From: Raillietiella orientalis
Lineage: Eukaryota
Assembly: GCA_036172245.1 (NCBI GenBank)
Contig: JAYWIR010000001.1
Coordinates: 186,001 to 250,000 of the forward strand
DNA length: 64,000 bases
Reading direction: 5' to 3'
The notes beneath the pieces were generated by a model. It was given only the letters and a program-made list of their open reading frames with translations, searched no databases and had not been told where the DNA came from. Positions 1 through 11,704 of the stretch are shown here, one piece after another. Every line of letters starts with the position of its first letter. The stretch's first letter is position 1. The position numbers and the translations under genes are program-made.

Positions 1-1676
1 CTGCGTCCACCTGAGTCGCGCATTTCCAGAAGCCCTCTCTCCGTCCCAGTCGCGGCCCTCGGCACCGGACGGTTGCAAGTCGAACGCTCTTCGGCACGCG
101 GACTAGGGTTTTTCACGATCGAATGATCCCTTCAGGGATGCGATCGCCCCGGGTGGCTCGAAGCCTGATCGCAACCACCTGAGGCTAATGGCCGGAGGCT
201 TGTTTTTTCCTCTCCTTGTCTCATCATGTGCGCCAACATCGCAACTTCGAATGACGGGTCCACAGCGATGGTCAAGGCTTCTTTCGTCCAGCCTTGTTCG
301 AGTTCTTGCATGAACGGATTCTCTCTCCCCCTTTCCGACCGCCTGCACGCTAGCTAGCTCTCTTGGACACCCCAAGGGAGATTTCGATCAGAAACGAGAA
401 ACTCACGGAGGCCATCATCTTTGGCTAACAGGTCAGCGATGGCGGCGGTCGACCCGCCTGAGATGTTTCCCTGTCAAGCAGATCGAATTCCGCGCGAGAG
501 CACGGGTAACCAGACAGCGAGCGGAGCGCAGTGTCGTCGTCGCGGCGGTCTCTTCGCGTGTCTCCGAAAGCACCTCAAGAGAGGAGATCGTCCTGCCTGC
601 CACTGAAACTGCACAGCGAAGATTCTTATCTCGGAACGGAGAGCTCCGAGGCGGAGCAAATTGTATTCGATCCGGTCTGTTTCGAAGGTGGTTCGCCGCG
701 CACTCCGCGGGCACGCAGCAGCAGCAGCCCACGAGGAGAGCTTTCTCCTGGGTTTCGTCCTTCCAGCTCCTGTGCTCCTTCGGGCCGAGCGCACGGTTGG
801 CTATCCCGGAACGTCCTCCGCCGGTCCGTGCTCCCTCGTTGCAACCGACAACCTTCTTTGCTCTCTCTTTGCAGACCTTTGCGCGAGCACCTAGATACGG
901 TTTTTCTTCCTCCGGATGGTGCGCGTGCCGGATTCGCGAAAGATGAGAGGACAGAAACTTCTCCTCCCCATTCTCCCTGCTCTTGGTTCCTCAGGCGGAA
1001 ACTCTTCCTCCGGTTCGAGATCTCGCTGTCGGAGCACAGTGATGCGGGTGCGTACGTGAACTCCTGTTCGCTCAGAGTCCATGGCATCGTGCAATGCACT
1101 GAGATGTATCGCACTGTAGGTTGCTTTGATCTGAAGACGGAGCTAAGGAAGGATGGCGCACCAGTGATGCGTCTTGCTGCCTTTGTTGCCTTTGCGCGTA
1201 AGGGATCTGAATGTAAAGCAATGATGTTATCGATTATTGGCCACCCAACGGGGGCTGCTTCCCCGGGGCGATTTGCACGGTGCTTCGAACTGCGCATGAA
1301 GACAACTGGCGAACCGATCTCCAGATGGCATGCGTCTCCCTACGGTCTTCCACCCTCGTTGTTTTCGCTCGGGTTTTCCTCTAGAACCAGCCTGTCATCA
1401 TGTCTTCTGATGCCTTCTGTTGACCCGGATTCTTTGGGGCCAACAGAATTTACCCACCAATGAACAAAGGGGTTGCTTGCTCCGGCAGTCAGCCTCAGGT
1501 GGTCGTGATCAGGCTTCGAGCCACCCGGGGCGATCGCATCCCTGAAGGGATCATTCGATCGTGAAAAACCCTAGTCCGCGTGCCGAAGAGCGTTCGACTT
1601 GCAACCGTCCGGTGCCGAGGGCCGCGACTGGGACGGAGAGAGGGCTTCTGGAAATGCGCGACTCAGGTGGACGCAG
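1..1676. mobile_element. Long inverted repeat (arms 1-197 and 1480-1676) around a ~1.28 kb spacer; TIR/foldback element truncated by the window start
   Basis: 1-170 is the reverse complement of 1507-1676 with no mismatch seen; the inner ~27 bp have several mismatches. No transposase recognised in the spacer. Confidence 0.75.
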
Positions 1677-2410
1677 AAGGGACGCAGAGCTTCCCTCGGT
1701 GATGCTGCGGTAAGGAGTCATCACGAGGAACGAACTGCAAGCCGTCCGAGGTCTCTGGCCGCAGTCCGACGGACGGCGGCTACGAAGAACTGCCCGTTCG
1801 CAGCCTGCTCCCACGCGCAGTTCTTCGTAGCCGCTGTCCTGTACATGTATGTACACGCGTTTCGCATTTCCGTAGAGAGTTGCGTAGAGTACGGCTCGCT
1901 CTGTACCGCTGTGCCACGCGCTCATGAGTTGCCGCGTACCCGGAATGCGTTTCGACTTCCTGGGAACTTGGAACCGTCTGGCGCCTCAGAAAAAGAGCTG
2001 AATCGAGGAAAAGAAAAAGAACTGAATCGTCATTCAAGATGTTTCTTGTTCCTTTGAAAGATCCTCTACAGGCTCCGATCTGCAAAAGAAGGGAAGGGGA
2101 GAGAACATCACGAGCCGGCGGTTCCCCTCGTTTACCTCCGGATTCATCGGTCCGGTTGCAGGCGGCAGCCTCCCCAGGGATCGCAGTATCCGCGAGGCGA
2201 TGGAGTCTCATGGCAACCGGAGGTCCTCCGCACATCTGAGGAAATCCGCGCTTAGCCCAGAAGCACATTGGGTGCGCCGCCTGGGTCATCAGCCCTGGAA
2301 ACGCAGTTTGGACGAAAATCTGCAGCAGCAGCAGCAGACTTCGCAACGAACGCTTGTCCCCATGGTTACAGGGTGCCACAGCGTTTCTCGAAGCCGGCGT
2401 CGGCGGACGT

Positions 2411-3094
2411 GCGGCTGCGGTCTCCCCGCGCGCGTGGCACCTACCGTCGCGGGTTCGAATCCCTCCCGGGTAAAGATTGGTGCCGAGAACGAAGGGTGCG
2501 TCGTTGGGGTCTCGAGTTCCTCCCCGAAGATGACGCTGGTTGTCCTGTCGGAAGCCGGATATCCTCGCTGACCGGTCGGGATTTGGAAGTCAACTCTCCG
2601 GGATCCTTCCGGGAATCTAGGAGCCCTTCCGGGTTTTCCTCCGGCTGTGAAAATGGAGCCGCCGAGTTCCCGTGGACCTGTCTAGTATCCCCCCACCATC
2701 GGGGGGTCGCCTCTCCAGAGTATCAATAAGTGCGCTGCACCCTTCGGGGTTCTTCTCTTCAGAGAGGAATAAACAAGGGGCGGTTCCCTTGCGGGTTGCC
2801 TCGGAGGAGGAACTCCTCCAGGAGCGGATTCTTTCCAGGGGATTCCTCCAGAGAGAATGAAAGTAAAGGGGTTCCTTCCGGGGTTCCCTACCAAGATTGA
2901 GAGAGGAGGACAGACTCCTTTCCTCCGGAGCCCTTCCTGGATTCTCAGGGTGGCCGCTCCCCTAACTTGGGGAGTCCCACGCACTCTTGGGTGGCGTGGG
3001 CGGGCAGCGTTAAAGAGTTTCGTGAGCCCACCCTTAGGAGGAGGCGAACTGCGCTTCGGCACTCCTTGAGAACCAAAAAAAAAAAAAAAAAAAA
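2411..3094 (+). mobile_element. tRNA-headed SINE-like element, full-length copy
   Basis: B-box GGGTTCGAATCCC at 2451-2463, shared body motifs (GAAGATGACGCTGG, GGAAGTCAACTCTCCGGG, GAAAATGGAGCCG) and an A20 tail at 3075-3094. Confidence 0.8.
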
Positions 3095-3499
3095 GAGGAG
3101 GAAAACCCGTTCTCTAGGGGTGCGTGCATGGAGCAGTCGCAGCATCCGGAAATCTTCACCAGCATGAGCACCGCATTACTGATGCGAGACAGCCAGATTC
3201 TCGCTTCACCTCAGCTTTTTGGGTATCAGGATGAAAGGACGCTGCTACAGGAGACCCCTTTTTTCTTCCCGAAGAGCGTGTCGGAAGCCCTCAATCAGAC
3301 TCATCCCCGAACGTGCGATAACAAACTGATGAAAACATGAGGCGAAGGGAAGGAGGGAGGGGGAAGGGGGAGAGGGAAGGACCATCAGCACCACTTGAAT
3401 GTGTATGCGTTTCCATCATGAACTGGAGTCAAACAAATGAGCAGACTGTGCAGCGTCGTCGCCAATCAATCGCGCGTGTGGCGCGAGCACTCACTGTTT

Positions 3500-6400
3500 G
3501 GACCCTCAGTTTTATCTATAGGCGATGACGACGAGGCCTTTAAGGATGCGCATCTCGATCGCGAGAAATCACAGGAAGCTACAGGTCTCGTGTTCGGAAA
3601 TAACTCAGAAAACGAGGGGCCATCAAGAAGGGATGAAACCGTTGTAAATGGCTGGCTGGTCTTTCATAAATTACTCTCCAGAGGAGCACACATCTCTGGA
3701 CGGGCTGATGCGCGTTTTCCTTTCCTTTTCGATCAGAAGTGTCGCACGTTCCGCGGTTGCGGTTCCCCGGGAGCAGCAAGTGTACCAAGCCAGATAGGCA
3801 AAAAAGTGCACTCTTTGGAGGCGCGCATCTGTGTTCTCCCGGCCCCGGACACCGGTTGCGGTGCAACACCATCCACATGGCGCTCATTCGCGAGTTGCCG
3901 TCGCCATGCGAACGTCTGGTGAGATGACGAGCTCTGAAACCTCAGCAGATCCGGGAACGAATCCGAATCTGGAAACCGAATGCAGATGTGAGAGGCGAGA
4001 TGAGAAATGGGATCGAGAAAATCCAGCACGCTGTCTTCTCATTGGTACGTCCCACTGTAACACCTAAATCGAGGAAGCGTTGACAATTTCTCGGGGGGGA
4101 ACTGCTAGACGGGAATTTCCTTGAAGATGAAAATTTAATAGTCCATAATGAAGTGTTGGTGTTGCATTCCAAATCATTTTTCGAGTACTGCAGACCAGGG
4201 AGTCTAAACAACAGGTAAACCAAGGAACTGAATTCAAGAGAGACTTCAGGTGTGCTTATTTTTTCCCTTGGGGTAACTGATGCATTTAATTGGCCCCAGC
4301 TGCGTGTTGCATACATCCGCATGTTGTATATCGAGACACCCTCAGAGCTCCTATTTCCAGCAGAAGGTTTCTTGCACTCGGTTTTGCATTTGGCCTTCTG
4401 GGTGGGTTTTTTTTTTTTTGGCATCCTTGTCAGAAAGCCAGCAAGCGTGAAAGCCATCTCGCAGCCATGCTCCCAGAAAAATGATGGAGTCGGGCAGGAG
4501 TTCCTGCAATGTGTCAAGCCAAACCTGGTTTGGATGTCCTTCCAAGAAGGTGTCTCGACCAAATTCCGAGCTTGACCACGGCGCTTTCAAAAGTTCCGAT
4601 GGTTTCAACGGCTCTCAAACGGAAACGCAGAACTGAACTCCGTGCTTTCTCATGACGTCACCGATCAAGTTGAGGTTGACCTTTGAAAATGCTACTGAAG
4701 ATGCGGCACTCGCTCCACGAATTCCGCTGTCGGAAGAGAATCATCCGTCCCAGACGCGAGTGATAAAGTCATCTCGACCTGTGGCAGATAATAATGACAC
4801 GCCGCAGCGGAGAGAGTGCACGGAGTCTGCGTGCCTCTAACTGAGCAAGTCGATTTTCCGTGTATCGGTGTTGAATTTCCTTTCCTAAAGTCTTCCAGGT
4901 TTCATAGAACTCTCCACTGAGAATTTTGCGTTCAAAGGAAGTCGATCCAGTGCGCTGGGTTCCTTCTTTTCGTGATTCACTTTAATTACTCTGTAGCGCT
5001 TCCTTGTAGTATTCCTGTTAAGTGTCCAGCGAAGAGTTGCTCCTCCTCTTCTATCGGATGGAATCTGTATTTCGCCTTCCCCCTCTGAAGATCGGACTGT
5101 GGAGATACCTCACGAGGAATGAATTCCTTGCGTCTCGCAAGCAGTGGATTCCTGGATGAACCTCACCTATCAAAGTGCATTTATTCGTTGCACAAGAAAC
5201 GGAAAGGATGAGCTACTTTGATAAGTTTCGACGCCAGCCCTAGCCGTATTATTAGTTATCGGGTACTACAACTTGCTGCGAACAAAGAGTATTCACATGT
5301 GCCGAAGGGAAATCTAAGAGCCTACCGAAAATTTTGTTTGAAAAGCACCATGGACTGCTCCCATCGCCAAGTGCATGGAGCTCTCCCGCCAAAGTCAAAC
5401 TGACGAAGGTTCCTTTGTTTCCCGGTTGCATCGGGTGTGGAGGCAACCCCGATTCTTCCAAGTGTTCCAAGATTTGAAAGGACATTCAAGATCGTGAAAT
5501 TGTTTCTTGTGTTGTCCTTGTTGTGCATTTGGGACAAACTCTGCCAACGATCCAAAGTGATTATGCAGCTTTTCTGTTCATCTCGTAATCGTATTATCCG
5601 TCGTTATGGACTTCTGCCTGTGTACGTAATTTCTCTTAGTAATCGAGAAGGTTGGAAGCAGTTTGTCGAACCTGACTCGATCTTAAGCGATGGCGACTCT
5701 CAAGCACGAATGTGCGATACGGAGCGCTTCCGGATCCCACATTTGTGGACTCTGGACAGTTCCTTGAAAAATCAGTGATCATTTCTACCTTTGCAGTGAG
5801 GTCGAGCAGACGAAGGCTCCCAATGCTGCTGCTCTTCCTCCCAGAGTCGAGTTCCCTCTTGAAGCGAGCTACCAGATCCCTGAAGCACGGCTTCGACGAA
5901 AGCTCAATTGGGAAGCGAGAATACAGAATAGGAGGAAGACTTTTCTCACCGAAGAGCTGTCAAAGAGGATCCTGAGGTCGATTCTGTGCATCTCGGCCCG
6001 AAGAGACCAGAAGCAATAGTTGGAGTGGGTAATGGGGAGCCATTCCTGTTCCATCGTCAGGGTTGGATGGACAAAGATGACGAAATGGACGCATGATGCT
6101 CTAATAGAAAGCTGGAGGATCCTTGGGAAGAATGCCGTAATTTGAGGCAACGGAAATGGGCAGAGAAAGAGGCTTTGCAAAATGCTGCTGAAGATGCGGT
6201 CGTTCCATGAGTTCAGTTGTCTATAAAAAATCATCTGTCACGAAACGCGAGTGATAAAGTTATCTCGACCTGTGGCAGATACTGGCGCACAGCAGCGAGG
6301 GTGATGCGGAAAGATAGCGGAAAGGTCACCTGCAGATTACAGGATGTCGTAAAGAATTCGACAGGCAATCGAATGGCTGTTTGTCTTGCTGTTTGCAAGT

Positions 6401-6520
6401 CAAACTTCCACCTTCTGACGTGTTCCAAGACGTGCATCCTGGTACAGGTCCTTCGACAGATAAACAGGATTTTCAATAAACAGCAGAGGTTTCTCCCGGT
6501 GATGAATTGCTGCTGACCAG
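3500..6520 (-). mobile_element. Two decayed, head-to-tail Penelope-like retroelement (PLE) copies
   Basis: RT-like remnants FVHPTLTMEQEWLP..HSNYCFW (~6000-6080) and EDSVLDFLD..SHIC..DLLRFQSSSS (~3925-4040). GIY-YIG-like remnant ITYTGRSP*RRIIRLRDEQ...SLSQMH...NFTIL (~5490-5630). Segment 4681-4790 is a diverged copy of 6173-6281. Many stops and frameshifts. Confidence 0.6.
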
Positions 6521-7840
6521 TTAAGGCGTGGGTTCGACCCGAATGCTTCGCCAAAGAGTGAAAATTCGGCTCGCCGCAGGTCGTGCATTTCGAACCTCGG
6601 AGCGCCGGTTGAGGCGACCGGAAACATTTTCCGACGGATTTTCTGAACCGTAACGGACCTCATGCGACCTTCCCCCCGTTCCAGCAGTTTCTTCACCGTG
6701 TCCAATTTTTTGGCTCGTTCAGACGTTTTCGAATTTCGGGAATTCCAATACCCACCACGATGGTGGATCCCCCCCACCCACGCAACCGCCCACCGCCTTC
6801 CCGTATTCCGGATGCGTTGCTTGTTTTCCTCGCCTCCGTTTTCGGAATCCCCAGGGCATCATCATCATCTCCCGAACGGCAAGCCGCCAGTGGAATTCGA
6901 GCGCGGAAAGCTCTCGAGCAGGCTGCGCGCGCGAGAGAGAGGGCAGCTTCGAAATCTGATTCCCGATTCCTGCTTTCGGGAAATCCGCACCCTTCGAGGG
7001 AATGGGTCACCTACCGTCGCTCGAGTGAGGAGTGACTGCCGCTGAGCGGGAGGGAGGGGGGGGGGGAGATTATAAGAAAGGGATGTTTACGCAGGGTGGA
7101 GGCGTCGTCTCGAGAGCAACGGGATTCCGGAGGAGATCCTGGAAAAGAACCGGAGCGGAGCGGGATCTGGAATCGCAGTCGAGTGCTCCCCTGGGATGAT
7201 GATGAGTCCTTGTCCTCCTACGAGGGCTCTGTACCTGCGGTACTTCACAAGAAGCAGCCGCGGTGAAACTCCTCACCGTAATTCTCTTGCGGCTTCTGCT
7301 CCTCTTTGGAGCGGCTGCGCCGCACGCTTTCTGCACCCTCTGATCTGGTTCGTTACGCTGCTCGTTTGCTCCCTCTGATGAAATCTCGAGTTGTACGTTG
7401 CTCTTAAAAACGGGGAAAGGTGGGGGAGGGGGAGATCGTGGCGCCCGTTCCATACATCGCCGCGCTTTTCTCATTAGAGAATCCATGCGCACCTAATGGA
7501 ATGTAATTAGGGATTTGGGGAGCGATTCGAGTATTTCTTTTGGGGGGGGGGGGGGGGACAACAACAACAGGACGGGGAGTCCGTTCCGTGCGTACGCCCG
7601 CGCAGCGGGCGCCCCTGCGAGTCTCCTCGCCTGCAGACGGCATTGGCTCGCAGCTGGTTCAACTCTGCTGCTCCCTTCTCAAGTGTAAACGATCGTTGGA
7701 TTCTGGATGGCTGCGGGAGTCGAGCTCGCAGCTGCCAGCATCCACCTAGAGAGAGCTCGCGAAGAAGAAAACTGTGTTGAGGTCCAGTTCCGAGGGAAGA
7801 TAAAGCGGGGTAGCCCCCCACACGCACGGCGGCCCGCGCT

Positions 7841-8633
7841 GGCGGTCTCCGCGTCTCCAAGCGTTGCGGGTTCGAATCCCGCCCGGGTAGGGAAAGCGAC
7901 ACCGAGAAACAGGGTAGATGGGGGAGTGCGTCGTGGGGTTTCGAGCACTACCTGGAAGATGCTGCTGCCTTCGTCGACTGGCCGGGGTTGGAAGTGACCT
8001 TTCGTGGTCCCTACGGGACGACCCTCTAACTTGGAGTGAGGAGAACACTGCACGGAGCTCGCTCAGTCTGAGGAAGGAGTCCTGCGGGGCAGCAGCAAAC
8101 AAGGGGGAGGAGGAGGCGCAAGTCCTCCGGCGGTGCCAGTCCTTCGTGGCCTTCAGCCGTCTCCCGTCTTCCTCCGACAGGGGAGCCACCTCGGATGCTG
8201 GAGCGTCTGGGAGGACGGATGCTTTCTCGCATTCCGCGGCAGAGCTCCGTCGCGATACGCGACGGCGTGCACGGTGGCGACCACTACCGCGACTGGAAGA
8301 AAACTCCTCGCGAGACCTACGAGACTGCTCATCGACCCCGAGTGAAGGTCGATAAAGAGATCCAGCGTGGGGCTTAAGATTATTCCTACAGCTCTCTACC
8401 CTCACAGTTGGGGAAAGCTTGACGCCTCCTCTCCCATTCCGTCATGTGGCAGTGGCACCTGTTACATAAGACAAGTCCGTCGTCTTCTGCGTGCGGGGTG
8501 GGAGGGCTCACGGAACCGCCCAGACCATGAGGAAGGAAGCGCGCACCCTCGAGTGGCATTGACGAGTGTCAAAGAGTTTCGTAAGCCCCCAGGCGAACGG
8601 TTCTGAAGTACTTAGCAAACAAAAAAAAAAAAA
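7841..8633 (+). mobile_element. SINE-like copy with its centre replaced by unrelated sequence (~8030-8535)
   Basis: B-box at 7868-7880; 3' end AAAGAGTTTCGT...GTACTTAGC followed by an A-rich tail. Confidence 0.7.
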
Positions 8634-9570
8634 CATACAACCGAACGGACTCATTCAAAAGGAGGGCGAAACCAAGAAGAACCGGAATTTTCAGCACGCT
8701 GGAAGGAAGCTGGAATTATCCGTAAGGGCGCACGTTTCCCAGCATTTTCATTCGAATCTGCAGTTCTCCTCTTGATCAAAGGGTTGCCTTCGGGACGCAG
8801 GAGGAACCCCACTGAAACCGAAGAAGGCGAGCGGCTGCGCGGGGGAGGGGAAACACGCCCCAGATGCCGGAGGAGGAGACATGACCTACTTTCTCACAGG
8901 AGGATGCCGTAAACAAATGGGTGCGGCCGTTCCGGGCTCCAGACGTTTCGAAGATGGATGCAGCTGAGCTGCAGGCGGAGGGTTTCCTTCTATCAGCGAG
9001 CGGCGACCGGGGCTGCTGCTGCTTGCATCTCGCAGCCAAGACGTGGCGGGCGCCCGGAAGATTTCTTCCGCGCTCTCCAGAGACCCGCGATCTGTCGGAA
9101 CAGTCCGCAATGGTCCCCAGAGGAAGTCAACCGGTACCGACCATTGTCTCCGGCCACTCGACACAGCGGAGTGGCCAAGGGCGTGGACGGTCTGCCTGCC
9201 GTCACTATGCCGCAAATGCGCCCCGTCGAGACGGCAGACCGATCCCGGCGCAGTGTCCACCACGCTCTCTTGCTTTGCTGCAGCGGGACGATCCACAGCC
9301 GCGCATGTGACCGGTGATTCGGTCCAGGGCCATCGTCCGGGGAATGCTGATCACGTGATTTCTCGAATCTGACGTCGCCCCAAAGTCCGGGAATCCAGGG
9401 GAAAAAAAACGGTGCTGGAAAAAAAGCGAGGCATTCCCCCCCCTCTCCCCCTTCCCGTTCCGCGGGAGGTGCGCCTTCTTTTCGAGGCGGAGGCCTCTGC
9501 GGGAACGCGGACGGGAGGAATTTCGCTCGGCGCCTCCCTCCAAAGTCCGGCGCGGGTGGCGAGGTGCCAT

Positions 9571-10695
9571 GGCTGCAGCCTCCCCGCGCCCGTGGCACCG
9601 ACCGCCACGGGTTCGAATACCGCCTGGGGAAGGATCGACGAACCGAGAAATGGAAGGGGGACATTGTGGGTTTCGAGTCCTCCCCCCTCCTGCCTGCAGG
9701 GCGACCGTGGTTGGCCTATTCGGGTGGGGCGGCGCTGGCGGAAGCTGGACGCCTCCGTTGACCGGGGCCAGGATTGGAAGTCGACCCTACGGGGTCCTTC
9801 CAGGACATTAAGGACCCCTTCCGAGTTTTTCTCCGGCTGGGAGAATGAAGCCGTCGATATCCTCCATCGGGGAATCGCTTCTCCAGAGTACAAAAAGCCG
9901 TGCTGCTCCAGGAAGGCCTCGGAGGAAGTAGTCCGTTCCTCTCCTACTCTTCTTAGTAGCGAACCCTGTAGGCAACCCCCCGCTTTGTGGAAAGCGTCCG
10001 CCTCTCGTTTCCTCCTCTGAAGAGAACTCAGAAGGGAGCAGCGCCCTTTTGACACTCGGCGAGGCGTCCCCCTGAGAGGGGTGCCAACCTGCTCCATGGC
10101 AACGGCTCCATTTTCACAACCAAAGGGGAACCCGAAGGGCTCCTTGATGTTCTGGAAGGATCTCCGAGGATTCAGCTTCCGATCCCGTCAGCCAGTGAAC
10201 AGGGGCGTCCTGGCGCTCGCCAGTGCCGCCGCAGCCGGAAGTCAATCGAGGGACAGCCAGCGTCATCTTGCGGGTGGACTCGAAACCCGTGACGCACCAC
10301 CACCCGTTATCGGCATCGCCCCTTCCCCGGACGGGATTGGAACCCGCGACCGCTTGGTACCTCTGTTCCCTCTAGAGTTCCTTACCAAAAATAGGAGAGG
10401 AATGGCCTTCTTCCTGTGGAGCCTTCCTAGATGAATAGGGTGTTCTCCGGGGTCAACCCCTGTAACTTGAAGAGTCACACGCTCCCTTGGGTGCCGTGGA
10501 CAGCGTCAGAGAGCCTTTGCCCGTTCGGAAGCGGAGAAGCTTGCGTCGGATCCAGAGTGAAGAAGAGGAGGAAGAAAGAGAAGACGGGAGTGTCAGGGAG
10601 CTTCGTGAGTCCACCCTGAGGAGGCGAATGCTTCTTAAGCACTTGGCGAACCTCCCCGTCTCCCCAACCCTCGCGCCCCCTTCCTCAAAAAAAAA
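9571..10695 (+). mobile_element. SINE-like copy containing an inverted 5' half of another copy (10013-10354)
   Basis: B-box-like GGGTTCGAATACC at 9609; reverse-strand head GGGATTGGAACCC at ~10333-10345; 3' body resumes ~10360. Confidence 0.75.
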
Positions 10696-11704
10696 GGATG
10701 AATTTAGGAGCTCCATTTCATTGCTGCAGCTGCAGCTCACATCGGGAAGTCCGAGGACGGCTTTGCGGGCCGCCTCATGCAGCAGCTTCGATCCGGATGC
10801 TTCGACCCAGGGACGGTAGGAGTGAAAGTGAGGAAAGCCCCCGAGCGAGTGCGGAGGGAGACGTTCGTGCTGAAAGGTCAGATGGACGGAAGCTGAGCTC
10901 ACGGGCGAGTCCAGGGACGGTGTCGACCGCGCACAGTTCCTGGGGGAGGGGAGAGGGAAAGCGAAGAAAGGTGTGGTTCCCGTGTGGTTCAGGAACGGAG
11001 CCAGGACGGGACGCATCCAGGAACCGTTCGAAAAGCTCCTTAAGGAAAGCAGTCTCACAAGGAAAAGGCACTGCTCGTGATAAACGAGAGGAGGAGCAGG
11101 GAGGGGAGGAGGGTAACGACTTGACCGCGCGAACCGCGAAGACGCGCCATCGGAAAGCTCCCGTTTTGCTCCACGAAAATCCTGTGCATCGCGGGCGCAG
11201 TCCATCAGACGCTGGAGCGCGACCTTCGGCAGCTCCCCTGCTCTTTGCCGTGCTTGTGATAAACACCCATCGGGCGTGCAGCCCCGTTTCTTCTCCTGTG
11301 AAGTCCTCGCGGCCTTTCCCTGGGGTCGGCCCCTCTGGTGCGAATAGAAAGAGCGTGCGCTCGGGATGCGCAGGCATCCGTCGTCTTTCCCACCAGCTCC
11401 CCGCTTCCGCATCCGTCCGCCCGTTCTTCGAAGCGCCTTGTTTCCAAGGCACCGGCCCCCCTACCTAACGGAAGGAAAAAACTTCGCGGGGACGACCGTG
11501 GCGGCGGCGGCTGGATTCAAATGCTCCCTGGTCCTTTGGGCAGCCTTCGGTTTCCCCGACGAAACGATCCCTCTCCCCGCCTCCTCCTCCTTCTCATCCC
11601 CGACGTCTTCTTCCCGCTCCCCCGTTCCGATTCAAAAGCGCAGGAGTGGACTGGAATGGGGGAGATGCCGCAGGCCGAGCGAAAAGTCTCTCTCTCTGTT
11701 TCAG

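Noticed and set aside
2440..2470. GGGTTCGAATCCC sites as tRNA genes
   Set aside because: No full cloverleaf or acceptor stem; each is followed by the same repeat body.
7196..7378. Possible signal exon and TATA (7071) for paralog A
   Set aside because: The hydrophobic stretch ends at a stop codon with no phase-1 donor; other candidates (~9010, ~11520) are equally unconvincing.
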